The position numbers were made by a program, and so were the translations under genes. The notes beneath the pieces were generated by a model. That model worked only from the letters and a program-made list of their open reading frames with translations, searched no databases and had not been told where the DNA came from. This document shows positions 9,677 to 19,452 of a DNA stretch of 64,000 bases, piece after piece; within the stretch, counting starts at the first letter, position 1; each line of letters opens with the position of its first letter. The stretch is taken from positions 512,001-576,000 of the forward strand of contig CAWGBN010000008.1 of NCBI GenBank assembly GCA_963820825.1, given 5' to 3'. Source of the DNA: Vulcanimicrobiota bacterium (GTDB lineage Bacteria > Vulcanimicrobiota > Vulcanimicrobiia > Vulcanimicrobiales > Vulcanimicrobiaceae).

Positions 9677-9800
9677 GAGACTCTCCTTACTAGCCACCTG
9701 GCTAGTACATGAACGATAGCCCCGGCCGAGGAGTTTGGCAAGAGCCGCCCCGAGTTGTCATGCACCAGCAAACGAGCGGTTGCTCGTCCTTAGTCCTTCG

Positions 9801-9841
9801 TCCTTCGACTCCGGTGCTTCGCACCCGCGCTCAGTATGACA
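9801..9841 (-). repeat. REP-like palindromic repeat
   Basis: Reverse complement TGTCATACTGAGCGCGGGTGCGAAGCACCGGAGTCGAAGGA. Confidence 0.8.
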
Positions 9842-9876
9842 CTGCTGCGATTGCCCAAACGTAGCGAATCATCGTG

Positions 9877-10356
9877 CTAGAAATCTCCTTTGACTGATTG
9901 GGCGCTCCAGTTTGCTGCGAACGTTCCGTTCTTTACGGATGTGGCAAAGGCGTCAAAGGTCGCGATCGGTTTAGCGCCGCGTACGTTCCAAATTGCCGCC
10001 CAAGCGTTCGAGCGGCGCGCGAGCGCGAGGATTTCGTAGAAGTGCGCGATCCCGCCGCGTTCGTAGTGGATGATGCAGAGGTCGGCGCTGCACGCTGCAA
10101 AGATCAGACGGCGCCCGGGCGCGCCGGGCACGGGAACGTCGGTCGCGCTGAACGCACCGCCCGGCTCGGCCATCGTCCATCCGTTCGCCGAGACACCGTC
10201 GACCGTAAAGTCGCCCGCGGCAATGCGTGGCGGCAGCGCGGAAAAACGCGCGATCGGCTTGAGATTCGCGAGTTGCTGCGTGACCGTCGCGGGCGGCGCG
10301 GCGACGGCAAGCAGCGCGAGGACGAGCAACAGCGGAATCGTTCTCAGTAAAGCCAT
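9877..10356 (-). CDS. Hypothetical secreted protein
   Basis: Signal peptide MALLRTIPLLLVLALLAVAA; IIHYERGGIAH. Confidence 0.7.
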   Translation of the reverse strand: MALLRTIPLLLVLALLAVAAPPATVTQQLANLKPIARFSALPPRIAAGDFTVDGVSANGWTMAEPGGAFSATDVPVPGAPGRRLIFAACSADLCIIHYERGGIAHFYEILALARRSNAWAAIWNVRGAKPIATFDAFATSVKNGTFAANWSAQSVKGDF

Positions 10357-10405
10357 CGCTCGCCGATTCGACGGAGAACCGGCCCCTCCGCCGAACGCTT
10401 CGATC

Positions 10406-10951
10406 ATGATGGAACCCAGTATCGTAAATCGTCTGATACGCTGCGCCGGCACGGCGATCGCAACGGTTGCGGCGGCACTCGCTCCGCTTTGGGCGCAGGC
10501 CGCGCCGATCGACGAGCTCAACCGCTTCGCCGGCTCCTGGCAGAGTCAGGGGACGTTCGTCGACAGTCCCTATCAAAAGGCGGGTGCAGCAACGGCAACG
10601 ACGACCTGCGCGTGGTCGATCGATCGCAACTTCATGATCTGCCAGCAGAGCGTGACGATGGCCGGCTCGCCCGACAGCGATCTCGGCATCTATAGCTACG
10701 ATCCGGTCGGCAACGTCTACCACTTCTACAACGTCCACGCCAGCCGGACGACCTCATCGACGATTCTCATCGACGGCAATACGATCACCTATCCGTTCTC
10801 GTTTACCGACAAGGACGGCAAGAGCGTCACCATCCGGACGCTCAACGTCTGGCAGAGTGCCGATGCATACACCTGGCGTACGGAGTATTCGACCGACGGC
10901 GGCACGACCTGGACGCTCATGGCGTCGGGGAAGTCCCAACGATCGCCGTAA
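10406..10951 (+). CDS. Secreted beta-barrel-like hypothetical protein (DUF1579-like)
   Basis: Signal peptide; RFAGSW...EYSTDGGTTW. Confidence 0.65.
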   Translation: MMEPSIVNRLIRCAGTAIATVAAALAPLWAQAAPIDELNRFAGSWQSQGTFVDSPYQKAGAATATTTCAWSIDRNFMICQQSVTMAGSPDSDLGIYSYDPVGNVYHFYNVHASRTTSSTILIDGNTITYPFSFTDKDGKSVTIRTLNVWQSADAYTWRTEYSTDGGTTWTLMASGKSQRSP

Positions 10952-11027
10952 CCGCGCAGCGCCCGGCGAGCAATTTGTCTACACAAAATCGGCAGTGAGC
11001 GGCTCCGCGGCGTAGAACGCCGCCCGC

Positions 11028-12023
11028 GTGGGCCGCTCCACGCGCGCAAAGATCCTCGCGATGTACGCGCTGCTGCTCGGCGCCAACGCCGCCGGCTGGG
11101 CCTTAGCGTTTTGCGTCTTCGCGCCGCCGCACGCGCTGCTCTTGGGCACGGCGCTGCTCGCCTATACCTTCGGCCTGCGGCACGCGGTCGATGCCGATCA
11201 TATCTCGGCCATCGACAACGCCACGCGCAAGCTGATGCGAGACGGCAAAAAACCGGTCGGCGCCGGCTTTTTCTTCTCGCTCGGTCACTCGACGGTCGTC
11301 GTCGCGCTCACGCTCGCGATCGTCTTAGGCGCGGCCGCCGTTCGCGTGCGTTTGCCGAGCTTAGAAGGGCTCGGGAGCATCGTCGGAACGGGGATCTCGG
11401 CGGCCTTTCTCTTCATCATTGCCGCGATCAACGCGTTCGTGCTGGTCGATATCGTGCGCGCGCTTCGCCAAGTGCGCGCCGGCGGAGCGTACGCCGAACA
11501 GAGCCTCAACGACTCGCTCGACCAGCGCGGACTCCTCGGCCGTCTCTTCAAACCGGTATTGCGTCTGGTTTCGCGCAGCAGCGACATGTATTTCGTCGGG
11601 CTGCTCTTCGGTCTGGGATTCGACACCGCAACCGAGGTCGGATTGCTGGGAATCGCCGCGATCGAGGCGGGCAAAGGTCTGCCGGTCTTTGCGATTCTGC
11701 TCTTTCCGCTGCTCTTCACCGTGGCGATGTCGCTGGTCGATACGACCGACGGCGTCCTGATGCTCGGCGCCTACGGCTGGGCCTTTCTCAAGCCCGCGCG
11801 CAAGCTTTATTACAATCTGACGATCACTGCGGCATCGGTTGTGACCGCCGTGCTCGTCGGCGGGATCGAGCTCGCCGGCATTACCGGCGGCGGACCGCAG
11901 GTCGGCTGGCTCGGATTCGCGATCGTTGCCCTGTTTACGTTGGGCTGGCTTCTATCGATGTCGTTTCATGCCGTTCGAACGGCGGGAATCCGTCGGCGAG
12001 CAGCCAGGCTTCCAGATGCTTGA
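11028..12023 (+). CDS. HoxN/HupN/NixA (NiCoT) nickel/cobalt permease, second paralog
   Basis: GLRHAVDADHI, FFSLGHSTVV and LGFDTATE signatures. Confidence 0.95.
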   Translation: MGRSTRAKILAMYALLLGANAAGWALAFCVFAPPHALLLGTALLAYTFGLRHAVDADHISAIDNATRKLMRDGKKPVGAGFFFSLGHSTVVVALTLAIVLGAAAVRVRLPSLEGLGSIVGTGISAAFLFIIAAINAFVLVDIVRALRQVRAGGAYAEQSLNDSLDQRGLLGRLFKPVLRLVSRSSDMYFVGLLFGLGFDTATEVGLLGIAAIEAGKGLPVFAILLFPLLFTVAMSLVDTTDGVLMLGAYGWAFLKPARKLYYNLTITAASVVTAVLVGGIELAGITGGGPQVGWLGFAIVALFTLGWLLSMSFHAVRTAGIRRRAARLPDA

Positions 12024-12297
12024 CGTACGCGCTGCCGAACGAATCGGCGAGCGCGCGAAGGTACGACTCGTAACGCGCGCGATCGTTGGCGAGGACGAGC
12101 GCGCCAAGCGCGCGATGCTGTCGGCTCATGTAACCGGCCTGCAGGCGCAAGCCGCCGTGGACCGCTTCTAGCAGAATATCGCTCGCCGAACGCGTCACGT
12201 CGTCGTGCAGCCGCTGCTCGAACCACTCGTCGAGCTCGAGCGGCAGCCGAAGCGAGCGTACCGGCCCGAACCGGCCGGAACCCTTAGGACGCGCCAT
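11935..12297 (-). CDS. Putative ribbon-helix-helix DNA-binding protein
   Basis: VRSLRLPLELDEWFEQRL...SASDILLEAV fits the RHH strand-helix-helix pattern; start overlaps the end of the His-rich gene. Confidence 0.6.
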   Translation of the reverse strand: MARPKGSGRFGPVRSLRLPLELDEWFEQRLHDDVTRSASDILLEAVHGGLRLQAGYMSRQHRALGALVLANDRARYESYLRALADSFGSAYVKHLEAWLLADGFPPFERHETTSIEASPT

Positions 12298-12481
12298 CGC
12301 GTTTGTCGCCCGCGTGCTCGTGCACGTGGTCGTGATCGGAACCGTCGTGGGTGTGCACGTGCTCGTGCACCGTGCCGTCGTAGTGGGCGTGGGCGTGGGA
12401 ATGGTCGTGCGTGTGGCCGGGGAAGGCGTCGTCGTGCACGTGGACCGTGCCGTTCTGATGCCGGTGCGGTAAGCGTTCCAT
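12284..12481 (-). CDS. His-rich miniprotein (65 aa, 18 His), putative Ni/Co-binding
   Basis: HxH runs such as HTHDHSHAHAH and HEHVHTH; AAGGAGGT RBS; TATAAT at 12509-12514 on the minus strand. Confidence 0.85.
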   Translation of the reverse strand: MERLPHRHQNGTVHVHDDAFPGHTHDHSHAHAHYDGTVHEHVHTHDGSDHDHVHEHAGDKRDGAS

Positions 12482-12543
12482 CGTCCCTACCTCCTTGGAT
12501 GAGGCTCTATTATACTCACTCGCCGCCTTTTTTTCGCGGGAGG

Positions 12544-12570
12544 TGTCGAAATCGGCATCGCTCGTTCGAC
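12544..12570 (+). promoter_or_regulatory. Putative ECF42-type promoter TGTCGA-N17-CGAC
   Basis: Matches the ECF42 consensus and sits directly upstream of the YCII-ECF42 pair. Confidence 0.65.
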
Positions 12571-12609
12571 GCACCGGTAGAACGCCACAAAACCAAAAGG
12601 AGATGTTCC

Positions 12610-13026
12610 ATGCGATTCGCAGTCTTAGTTAAAGCAAGCGATGAGAGCGAGGCAGGGGTCCTTCCGTCGAGCGAGATCCTCGCCGAAATGGGCAAGTTCA
12701 ACGAACAGCTGGCAAAAGACGGCGTCTTGCTCGCCGGCGACGGCCTGCAGCCCTCGTCGAAGGGGGCGCGGCTTCGCTTCGATGGCGGCCGCACCACGGT
12801 CATCGACGGTCCCTTCACCGAGACAAAGGAGCTCGTTGCCGGCTTCTGGATCGTTCAGGGGAAATCGAAGGAAGAGGTCGTCGAGCGCTTCATGCACGCG
12901 CCCTTCGACGGCGGCCAAGTGATCGAGATTCGGCAGATCTTCGAGACCGAGGACTTCGGCAAGAACCTCACGCCGGAGATCCGCGAGCGGGCCGAACGCA
13001 CCTGGAAGAAGGTGGCGGGCTCGTAG
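12610..13026 (+). CDS. YCII/DGPF-domain protein
   Basis: VIDGPFTETKELVAGFWI; AAGGAG RBS. Confidence 0.92.
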   Translation: MRFAVLVKASDESEAGVLPSSEILAEMGKFNEQLAKDGVLLAGDGLQPSSKGARLRFDGGRTTVIDGPFTETKELVAGFWIVQGKSKEEVVERFMHAPFDGGQVIEIRQIFETEDFGKNLTPEIRERAERTWKKVAGS

Positions 13027-14280
13027 TTGAACGGTCACGACCTCGACGCAACGATCGCCGCGATCTGGCGGATCGAGTCGCCGAAGCTCATCGCGAGGCT
13101 CGCGCGACTGCTGCGCGACGTCGGCCGCGCTGAAGATCTCGCGCAGGATGCCTTCGTCGCGGCCCTCGCGCAATGGCCGGGCGAGGGCATCCCGCGCAAT
13201 CCGGGCGCTTGGCTCATGACCGCGTCAAAGCGGCGAGCGGTCGATGAGATCCGCCGCTCGCAAACGCTGGCGCGCAAGACCGAGCAGTACGCGCGCGACG
13301 TCGACGCGGCGGAAGCGGACGGCGACCTCGCCTCTGCCTACGAGGAGATCGACGATGACATGCTCCGGCTGATCTTCGTTGCCTGTCACCCCGCCGTCTC
13401 GAAGGAGGCGCACGTCGCGCTTACCCTCAAGCTTTTCGGCGGTCTCACGACTGCCGAAATTGCGCGAGCCTTTCTCGTTCCCGAAGCGACGATCGCACAA
13501 CGCATCGTCCGCGCGAAGCGTACGCTCGCGCAGGCGCGGGCACCCTTCGAGGTGCCGGCCGGGAGCGAGCGGCGCGCGCGTCTCGGATCGATTCTGGAGA
13601 CGATCTATCTCATCTTCAACGAAGGCTACGCGGCAACGGCGGGCGAGGACGTCTTGCGGCCGGAGCTCGTCGAGGATGCCTTGCGACTGGGGCGCATGCT
13701 CGCCGCGCTTATGCCGCACGAGAGCGAAGTGCACGGTCTCGTCGCGCTGATGGAGCTTCAAGCCTCGCGCATGCGGGCACGCGTTGCGCCAGAGGGCGAG
13801 CCGATTCTCTTGCTCGACCAGGACCGAAGCCGTTGGAATCGGCTGCTCATCGAGCGTGGATTGCGGGCATTGCGAGAGGCCGAACGGCTCGGCGACGGGC
13901 TCGGGCCGTACGCGCTTCAAGCGGCCATTGCCGCCTGCCATGCGCGCGCTTCGACCGCCGATGCGACCGATTGGCCGCGCATCGCCGCGCTCTACGGCGC
14001 GCTCTCACAGCTCTCCCCGACGCCCGTCGTCGAACTCAATCGCGCGGTCGCAGTCGCGATGGCCGATGGGCCGCAAGCCGGGCTCGAGATTGCCGATAGG
14101 CTGCTCGAAGAACCCGCGCTGCGCAGCTATCACCTGCTGCCGAGCGTGCGCGGCGATCTGCTGTACAAACTCGGACGCCTGAGCGAAGCGCGAGAAGCGT
14201 TCGAGCGTGCTGCCTCGTTGGCGCAGAACGCCCGCGATAAACGCCTCTTGCTTTCGCGCGCCGCGGCGTGCGAGGATTGA
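13027..14280 (+). CDS. ECF42 sigma factor with C-terminal TPR extension
   Basis: Sigma regions 2 and 4, LRLIFVACHP, YLIFNEGY, LLLDQDRSRW, VVELNRAVA. Confidence 0.92.
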   Translation: MNGHDLDATIAAIWRIESPKLIARLARLLRDVGRAEDLAQDAFVAALAQWPGEGIPRNPGAWLMTASKRRAVDEIRRSQTLARKTEQYARDVDAAEADGDLASAYEEIDDDMLRLIFVACHPAVSKEAHVALTLKLFGGLTTAEIARAFLVPEATIAQRIVRAKRTLAQARAPFEVPAGSERRARLGSILETIYLIFNEGYAATAGEDVLRPELVEDALRLGRMLAALMPHESEVHGLVALMELQASRMRARVAPEGEPILLLDQDRSRWNRLLIERGLRALREAERLGDGLGPYALQAAIAACHARASTADATDWPRIAALYGALSQLSPTPVVELNRAVAVAMADGPQAGLEIADRLLEEPALRSYHLLPSVRGDLLYKLGRLSEAREAFERAASLAQNARDKRLLLSRAAACED

Positions 14281-14283
14281 GCG

Positions 14284-14943
14284 ATGGCCGATCGCGCCGA
14301 TGAGGTATCGCCGCAGGTCTGGGCGCGCACCGGCGGCTGGCTCTACCTGCTCGTTTTTGTGATGGCCGCGCTCTCGATGGTACTGCAATCGAAATTTACC
14401 CCCGGCGCGCCGCTCTGGCGCGTCTCGGTGGGCGCGGAGCTGCTCATGTTTACCTCCGACATCCCGCTTGCGGTAATCTTCTACGTGCTGCTCCGCCCGG
14501 TCGACGCGAACCTCGCGCTGCTCTCGGCTCTCTTTCGATTCGCCGAAGCGATGATCGGCAGCATCAACGCGATCTGGCACGTGGCGCCGATCCTCGCGCC
14601 GCCGTCGCTGCACGACCTCGCCCACCTCTCGCTGCGGCTCTACGAATACGGCTTCGCTATCGCGCTGATCCCCTTCGGCTTGCACTGCATCGTTCTCGGA
14701 TATCTCATCTACCGGTCGACGTATCTACCGAAAACGCTGGGCGTTCTGATGACGCTGGCGGGCTTCGCCTACGTCGCGAATAGCTTTGCACTGGTCGCGG
14801 CACCCGCGGTTGCCGATGCGACCTTCATCGCGATGCTGGTCACCGGTTTCCCGGCGGAGATCGGTCTCTGCCTCTGGCTGATCGTGATGGGCGTGAATCA
14901 GCCGCGCTGGAACGCCGTCATGGCGGCGCGGTCGTTCGCTTAA
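14284..14943 (+). CDS. DUF4386-like membrane protein
   Basis: ARTGGWLYL, GYLIYRSTYLPK, EIGLCLWLIV; multiple TM segments. Confidence 0.75.
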   Translation: MADRADEVSPQVWARTGGWLYLLVFVMAALSMVLQSKFTPGAPLWRVSVGAELLMFTSDIPLAVIFYVLLRPVDANLALLSALFRFAEAMIGSINAIWHVAPILAPPSLHDLAHLSLRLYEYGFAIALIPFGLHCIVLGYLIYRSTYLPKTLGVLMTLAGFAYVANSFALVAAPAVADATFIAMLVTGFPAEIGLCLWLIVMGVNQPRWNAVMAARSFA

Positions 14944-14949
14944 GTTCAT

Positions 14950-15402
14950 ATGAACGTACAAGAACAAATCAAAGAGTATATTATCAGCCAACCTGAACCA
15001 AAGCGTAGTGATATGCAAGAGTTGCACCACCTCACACTTCAAATTTTACCGGGTTGTAAATTATGGTTCGACGATGGTAAAAACAGCGAAAATAAAACTG
15101 TTAGTAACCCTACTATAGGCTATGGATTTCACACCATAAAATACGCTGATGGAAAGACCAGGGATTTTTTTCAAATTGGTGTGAGTGCAAACAAAACCGG
15201 AATCTCTGTCTATATCCTCGGTGTCAAAGATAAGACATACTTAGCCCAAACGTATGGAAAAAAATTAGGCAAGGCGAGCGTGACCGGGTATTGCATTAGG
15301 TTCAAAACGCTAAAAGACATAAACATTGATGTACTTGAAGCGGCAATACGATATGGGGTAGAGGTGGCGCCGGGCGCCGAGTGCGGCCGCAACTCGTTGT
15401 AG
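14950..15402 (+). CDS. DUF1801-like protein, AT-rich foreign gene
   Basis: IGYG...FFQIGVSANKTGISVY...GKASVTGYCIRFK; 68 of 180 bases G+C (38%) at 15001-15180. Confidence 0.85.
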   Translation: MNVQEQIKEYIISQPEPKRSDMQELHHLTLQILPGCKLWFDDGKNSENKTVSNPTIGYGFHTIKYADGKTRDFFQIGVSANKTGISVYILGVKDKTYLAQTYGKKLGKASVTGYCIRFKTLKDINIDVLEAAIRYGVEVAPGAECGRNSL

Positions 15403-15512
15403 AAACGGAGGTACTGCCGAGGTTAATTACGATTGGCAGCGGCGATTCGCCGCAACCCGCGAGCAATGCTGGCTAAGATGTCTTTTCGCCAAAATCATCT
15501 GGTGAATCCGGG

Positions 15513-16259
15513 TTACGAAGCGCTCGCGCGGAAATCGGCAAAACCGTAGGCGGCGTTCAAACCCGTCGCGCCTTCGAGAAAGAATCCGATCCCGGGACTC
15601 CCCGAGGTGAACGCACCGCTATAATCCGTTACCGAGAAGATTTGCGTGCCGTTCTTAAAGACCGCGATCGTCGCGCTGCCCTCGCCGGTAACGGTCGCTT
15701 TCAGAACGTCGCCGTTCTTGCATCCGACGGCGCGGCCGTCGAGCTCGGTAAAATCGGCGAGCGGACCGTTCCAGCGCACCACCTGCATGTACGGGTCGCT
15801 CCGGTTGACGCTGCAGTTGATCTCGTAACCCGTGATGCTGTTCGGTGCGATCGTCGTGCGGACGCGCAACTCGACCTCTTCGTAGACGCCGGACGCTTTG
15901 GACGGATGGTGCACGCTCAATCTCGCGCGCACCGTTTGATCGGGTCCCCATCTTCCGCGCAGAACCGCGGTCGAATCGGCGTACTCTTGCGGGTAATACG
16001 CATCGCCGGGCATGGTTCCGAAGGCCAGACCCGGCGTGGTCTGCACGTTAGTCCAATCGATTCCGGTGACTCCTCCGTTGATCCAACGGCCGCCCTCGGA
16101 GATCGGATTCTCGGTCAGCGTAAAATGGGTGCGGTAGCTGCGCATCTTCGTTTCGCGAATCTGCGGCAACGACAGCGGAGCGCCGCTAGACGACGCTCCG
16201 TAGCCGTTGCATCCGGTGAGCAGACAGAACGCCGCAAGAGCGATGGACGTTCTACTCAA
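15513..16259 (-). CDS. Hypothetical lipoprotein (beta-sandwich-like)
   Basis: Lipobox LTGC; beta-rich sequence. Confidence 0.7.
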   Translation of the reverse strand: MSRTSIALAAFCLLTGCNGYGASSSGAPLSLPQIRETKMRSYRTHFTLTENPISEGGRWINGGVTGIDWTNVQTTPGLAFGTMPGDAYYPQEYADSTAVLRGRWGPDQTVRARLSVHHPSKASGVYEEVELRVRTTIAPNSITGYEINCSVNRSDPYMQVVRWNGPLADFTELDGRAVGCKNGDVLKATVTGEGSATIAVFKNGTQIFSVTDYSGAFTSGSPGIGFFLEGATGLNAAYGFADFRASAS

Positions 16260-16265
16260 TTTATC

Positions 16266-17117
16266 TCAGTTGAGCGAGGGTTCCGGTTGCGCGACGGGCG
16301 CGCCGAAGAAGGCGAGGAGATCGGCGTTGACGCGATCCTTCAGCGTCGAGGGAAGGCCGTGCGGCGCCCCCTTGTAGATTTCTAAACGCCCGTTCGGTAC
16401 GAGTTTTACCGCGAGCATCGAAGCGTCGGCGATTGGAACGATTTGATCGTCGTCGCCGTGGATGAAGAGCGTCGGCACGTTCATCTTCTTGAGGTCTTCG
16501 GTGAAGTCGGTCTCCGAGAAGGCCTTCACGCAGTCGTAACATGCTTTGATTCCGGCAAGCATTCCCTGCAGCCAGAACGAGTCACGCAGACCTTGCGAGA
16601 CCTTCGCCCCATCGCGGTTCGCGCCAAAGAACGGCGCGCTCAGGTCTTTCCAGAATTGCGACCGGTCGGCTTGGATCGCCGCGCGGATTTGATCGAACGC
16701 CTCCATCGGCATGCCCCCGGGGTTCGCCGGCGATTTGAGCATGATCGGCGGGACCGAGCTGATCAGCACGGCTTTCGCGACGCGATCGGTTCCGTGGCGT
16801 CCGATGTAGCGCGCGACCTCGCCGCCGCCGGTCGAGTGGCCGACGTGAATCGCGTTATGCAGGTCGAGGCTCTTCACGAGCTCGGCGAGATCGTCGGCGT
16901 AGGTGTCCATGTCGTTGCCGTCCCACGGCTGGCTCGAACGGCCGTGGCCGCGCCGGTCGTGCGCGACGCAACGGTAACCGTTCGCCGCCAGAAAGAGCAT
17001 CTGGTCTTCCCACGCGTCCGCGCAGAGCGGCCATCCGTGACTGAAGACGACCGGTTGCCCGGTTCCCCAGTCCTTGTAGTAGAGTTGCGTGCCGTCACGC
17101 AGCGTCAAATATGCCAT
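16266..17117 (-). CDS. Non-heme chloroperoxidase / alpha-beta hydrolase
   Basis: [47 protein letters not shown]. Confidence 0.92.
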   Translation of the reverse strand: MAYLTLRDGTQLYYKDWGTGQPVVFSHGWPLCADAWEDQMLFLAANGYRCVAHDRRGHGRSSQPWDGNDMDTYADDLAELVKSLDLHNAIHVGHSTGGGEVARYIGRHGTDRVAKAVLISSVPPIMLKSPANPGGMPMEAFDQIRAAIQADRSQFWKDLSAPFFGANRDGAKVSQGLRDSFWLQGMLAGIKACYDCVKAFSETDFTEDLKKMNVPTLFIHGDDDQIVPIADASMLAVKLVPNGRLEIYKGAPHGLPSTLKDRVNADLLAFFGAPVAQPEPSLN

Positions 17118-17202
17118 CGTCTTCTCTCCTTGTCGTTCGAGGATACGACGCCTAAGGCGCTTTGCGCTAGTAGGCCAGGGCACACAAACCTTAAGGTCCG
17201 GC

Positions 17203-19359
17203 TTAAGAGTGATTCTGGCTTCTTAGCCAGGCGAGGATTGCGGCGCTGAGATCGGTATCGTACTGCTCGACGACGCCGCGATCGTCGTCGCTCTGCGCCG
17301 CCTTCGGCGAAGCCGCACGCCCCAATCCGTGGCTCATCGCCGGAATTACGACCAGCGTCGCGGAGCGTGGGTGCACCGCGTTGACCACATCGATGATCCG
17401 CTGATGGTCGGCGAGCTCCGTCTCGAAGTCGGACGTCCCGTAGACGGCGAGCACCGGTACGTTCAGCTGGGTCCAGGGCTCGATCAGGTTGAGCTGCGCG
17501 ACCTGCTGCACGTACGATGCCGAAACCGGGTAGATCGCGTTGTGTACGGCGCACGGCGGCATACCGCGCTCGATTGCCGTCTCTGCTTCACTCTCGTAGA
17601 GCATCCGCTGCATGCATTGCGACTTCTCGATGAGCGCTCGATCGACGGCCTCGGGGGGTTCGTCGCTGAGTTCGAGTTGCCGCCGGAGATTGCGGATTTC
17701 GTATTCCGGCCAATCGCGCCCGACCGCTTCGAGCACGACGACGCCGGCGATACGGTTCTGCAGGGCCAATCGCGGCGCGATGATCGTACCGATGCTGTGC
17801 CCGAGCAGATAGATCCGCGCGGGATCGACGCGCGGATTGCGTTGCAGTGCGGCGAGTGCCGAGCTGTAGCCGCGCAATTCGGCCTCGAAGTCGACGCTGC
17901 GGCAGGGCGCTCCCCGACTATCGCCGACTCCGCTCTTCTCCACCCGCATCGTCACGAAACCGGCGCGTGCGAGATCGTGGGTAAGCCGCAGGTAGGCATC
18001 TTGAGCGCTCGTTGCAACGTCGACGGAGTAGCAGCCGATTCCACCGATCAACAGCACCGCCGGAGCCGGCGATCTAAGCGGTTGCGGCATCGTCAGCAGC
18101 GTGCGCCGCAGCGAGCCGTCGACGGCGATCGCACCATACTGTGTAACGAGCCCGGAATCGCTTTCGTCGGGCGCTGCGCCGAGCACCGCCGAAAGCTCCA
18201 ACGGCGTGCTGTCGCGTACGATCGCAACGTCGACGCGCTGACCTGCGTGCAGATCGTGCAGCGCCACGAGAAACTCGGCGACGCTCGAGACCGGCGTGCC
18301 GCCGATCGCGCGAATCGTGTCGCCGGCGTGCACTCCGGCTTGCGACGCGGCGCCGCCCGGCACGACCGAGGTAACGCGGACGCCAATAGTGCCTTGAGCG
18401 ACACCGGCCCCGAAGAGCGCGTGGCGCGGGAGCGGCGGTAACGCGGCGTCGCCGTAGGCGAGCGGCTTCATTCGATCGGTTGCGTCGTAGAGACGGCTGG
18501 GCCACGCGTAGATGCGCGCGTCGGGATAATCGTAGACGACATTGAAGCGCTTGAGCAATCCCATACCGATGCTGCCGGCCTCGCGCCCCACCGCGAACGC
18601 GCCGCCCTTATCGCGCGAGGCGCGCGTGAGCACGTTGGGAATCGTCGATTCGAAGAGCGCGACGGTCGTTCGCAGCAGATCGCTGTAGATCGGGCCACCG
18701 ATCCCGTACCCGGTCACGACGTCGCGAACCGGCGCGTCGCGGTAAAAGTTGTTCGCTTCGGCAAATCGGCGAAAGAGCGTCAACGAAGAACGGTCTCCGG
18801 TGTCGACGACGAAGGTGCCGTGCACGCCGTCGACGGCGGCCTGCAGGTGAATCAGACCGTATTCGTCGACGGTGAACGGAACTGCCGGTGCGCTTTTTGG
18901 AACCGCGAGCGGCGTTGCGGAGAGCGTCAGGCGTTGGTTGTCGACGTCGACGCCCATGCGATAGCGGCGCAGCGTATCGTACCCGACGACGCCATCGAGA
19001 TGCGGAAAGCCGAACGCCCGCGCAATCGGCGCGAGGTCGAGCACGGCGGCCGCGACGTGACGAAATCGCAACGTGCCGACCTCCAGGCTTGGCACGACCG
19101 CCCGTGAGAGCCTTGCCTTGCCGCTGCCGGCACCCGACGCGTATCCCGCCGATCGCGAAGCAAGTCCGAGCCGCTGCGCGACGCCCGGCGTCACCACAAG
19201 CGAACTCGAACCCGTGTCGACGATCATCGAGAAGGGGCCCTGCCCGTCGAGCCTGACCGACACCACCATCCGGTTGTCGAAGAGCGTAAACGGCACGGTC
19301 GTCGAGGAAGCACCGTTGGCCGGCGCCGTCATTGCGGCGAGCAGGATCGTCGCGAGCAT
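17203..19359 (-). CDS. Secreted fusion: tandem aspartyl-protease domains + PDZ + alpha/beta hydrolase
   Basis: IVDTGSS and VVDTGDR; PDZ ([16 protein letters not shown]); GHSIG nucleophile elbow, GTSD, MSHG. Confidence 0.85.
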   Translation of the reverse strand: MLATILLAAMTAPANGASSTTVPFTLFDNRMVVSVRLDGQGPFSMIVDTGSSSLVVTPGVAQRLGLASRSAGYASGAGSGKARLSRAVVPSLEVGTLRFRHVAAAVLDLAPIARAFGFPHLDGVVGYDTLRRYRMGVDVDNQRLTLSATPLAVPKSAPAVPFTVDEYGLIHLQAAVDGVHGTFVVDTGDRSSLTLFRRFAEANNFYRDAPVRDVVTGYGIGGPIYSDLLRTTVALFESTIPNVLTRASRDKGGAFAVGREAGSIGMGLLKRFNVVYDYPDARIYAWPSRLYDATDRMKPLAYGDAALPPLPRHALFGAGVAQGTIGVRVTSVVPGGAASQAGVHAGDTIRAIGGTPVSSVAEFLVALHDLHAGQRVDVAIVRDSTPLELSAVLGAAPDESDSGLVTQYGAIAVDGSLRRTLLTMPQPLRSPAPAVLLIGGIGCYSVDVATSAQDAYLRLTHDLARAGFVTMRVEKSGVGDSRGAPCRSVDFEAELRGYSSALAALQRNPRVDPARIYLLGHSIGTIIAPRLALQNRIAGVVVLEAVGRDWPEYEIRNLRRQLELSDEPPEAVDRALIEKSQCMQRMLYESEAETAIERGMPPCAVHNAIYPVSASYVQQVAQLNLIEPWTQLNVPVLAVYGTSDFETELADHQRIIDVVNAVHPRSATLVVIPAMSHGLGRAASPKAAQSDDDRGVVEQYDTDLSAAILAWLRSQNHS

Positions 19360-19452
19360 CGCATTTGAGCGTATCACGCCGTAAGCGCAGCGCGCTCGCT
19401 TTGATGGTTTTTTCAGAACCATGCCTCGCCCCATCGCTTATAATGAGCGTCG

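Noticed and set aside
10952..11027. NiCo or cobalamin riboswitch ahead of the NiCoT gene
   Set aside because: Only 76 nt and no recognisable conserved riboswitch motifs; an Rfam scan would be decisive.
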